Positions 50,886 through 50,980 of a DNA stretch of 50,980 bases are shown here, in pieces (positions within the stretch are counted from its first letter, which is position 1; every line of letters begins with the position of its first letter). This DNA is from Catajapyx aquilonaris (Eukaryota), in the NCBI GenBank assembly GCA_000934665.2, contig JYFJ02000721.1, forward strand, positions 62,001-112,980. Direction: 5' to 3'. A program made the position numbers and the translations under genes. The notes beneath the pieces are model-generated. The model did no database searches. It was not told where the DNA came from and saw nothing but the letters and a program-made list of their open reading frames with translations.

Positions 50886-50980
50886 CTAGCAGGATACCCG
50901 GCGTTGCTCGGGTTATGAAAGACTTTTCCATAGGAGTGACTCATTGATTTAGTAGTAACCTTTGCAATAATTATGGCTAT
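50886..50980 (-). mobile_element. Helitron 3' terminus; the element may extend beyond the right edge
   Basis: Minus strand reads cccgagcaacgccggg (GC hairpin, 50912-50897), then tatcctg, then CTAG followed by T. This is the canonical Helitron subterminal hairpin plus CTRR|T end. Confidence 0.7.

Overview
AT-rich (roughly 35-40% GC by eye), gene-sparse eukaryotic DNA, most likely from an invertebrate animal. There are no prokaryote-style long ORFs, operons, rRNA, tRNA or CRISPR arrays, and most ORFs in the supplied track look spurious. The best-supported feature is a five-exon minus-strand gene (about 33560 to 27317) assembled by hand from GT-AG splice sites. It encodes a 130-aa secreted prepropeptide: signal peptide, pro-region, KR cleavage site, then a 43-aa peptide ending in G-K-stop (predicted YSDPPEAEAPVKGGMVGDSTENGPSMNKQKESREDALEKMRQN-amide). 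I cannot assign this peptide to a known family. Weaker minus-strand gene candidates are a 147-aa Trp-rich membrane protein (19447-19890), a 90-aa basic CxxC protein (43795-44145) and a TATA/CCAAT-driven transcript at about 8.8 kb with an intronic E2F-like repeat array. Repeats include two inverted copies of a CACTA/EnSpm-like MITE, a Helitron 3' end at the right edge, a perfect 24-bp inverted repeat, a 53-bp palindrome, (ATT)27, and many TACAGTA/TACTGTA heptamers resembling Tc1/mariner excision footprints. All gene models are manual predictions without expression or homology data.
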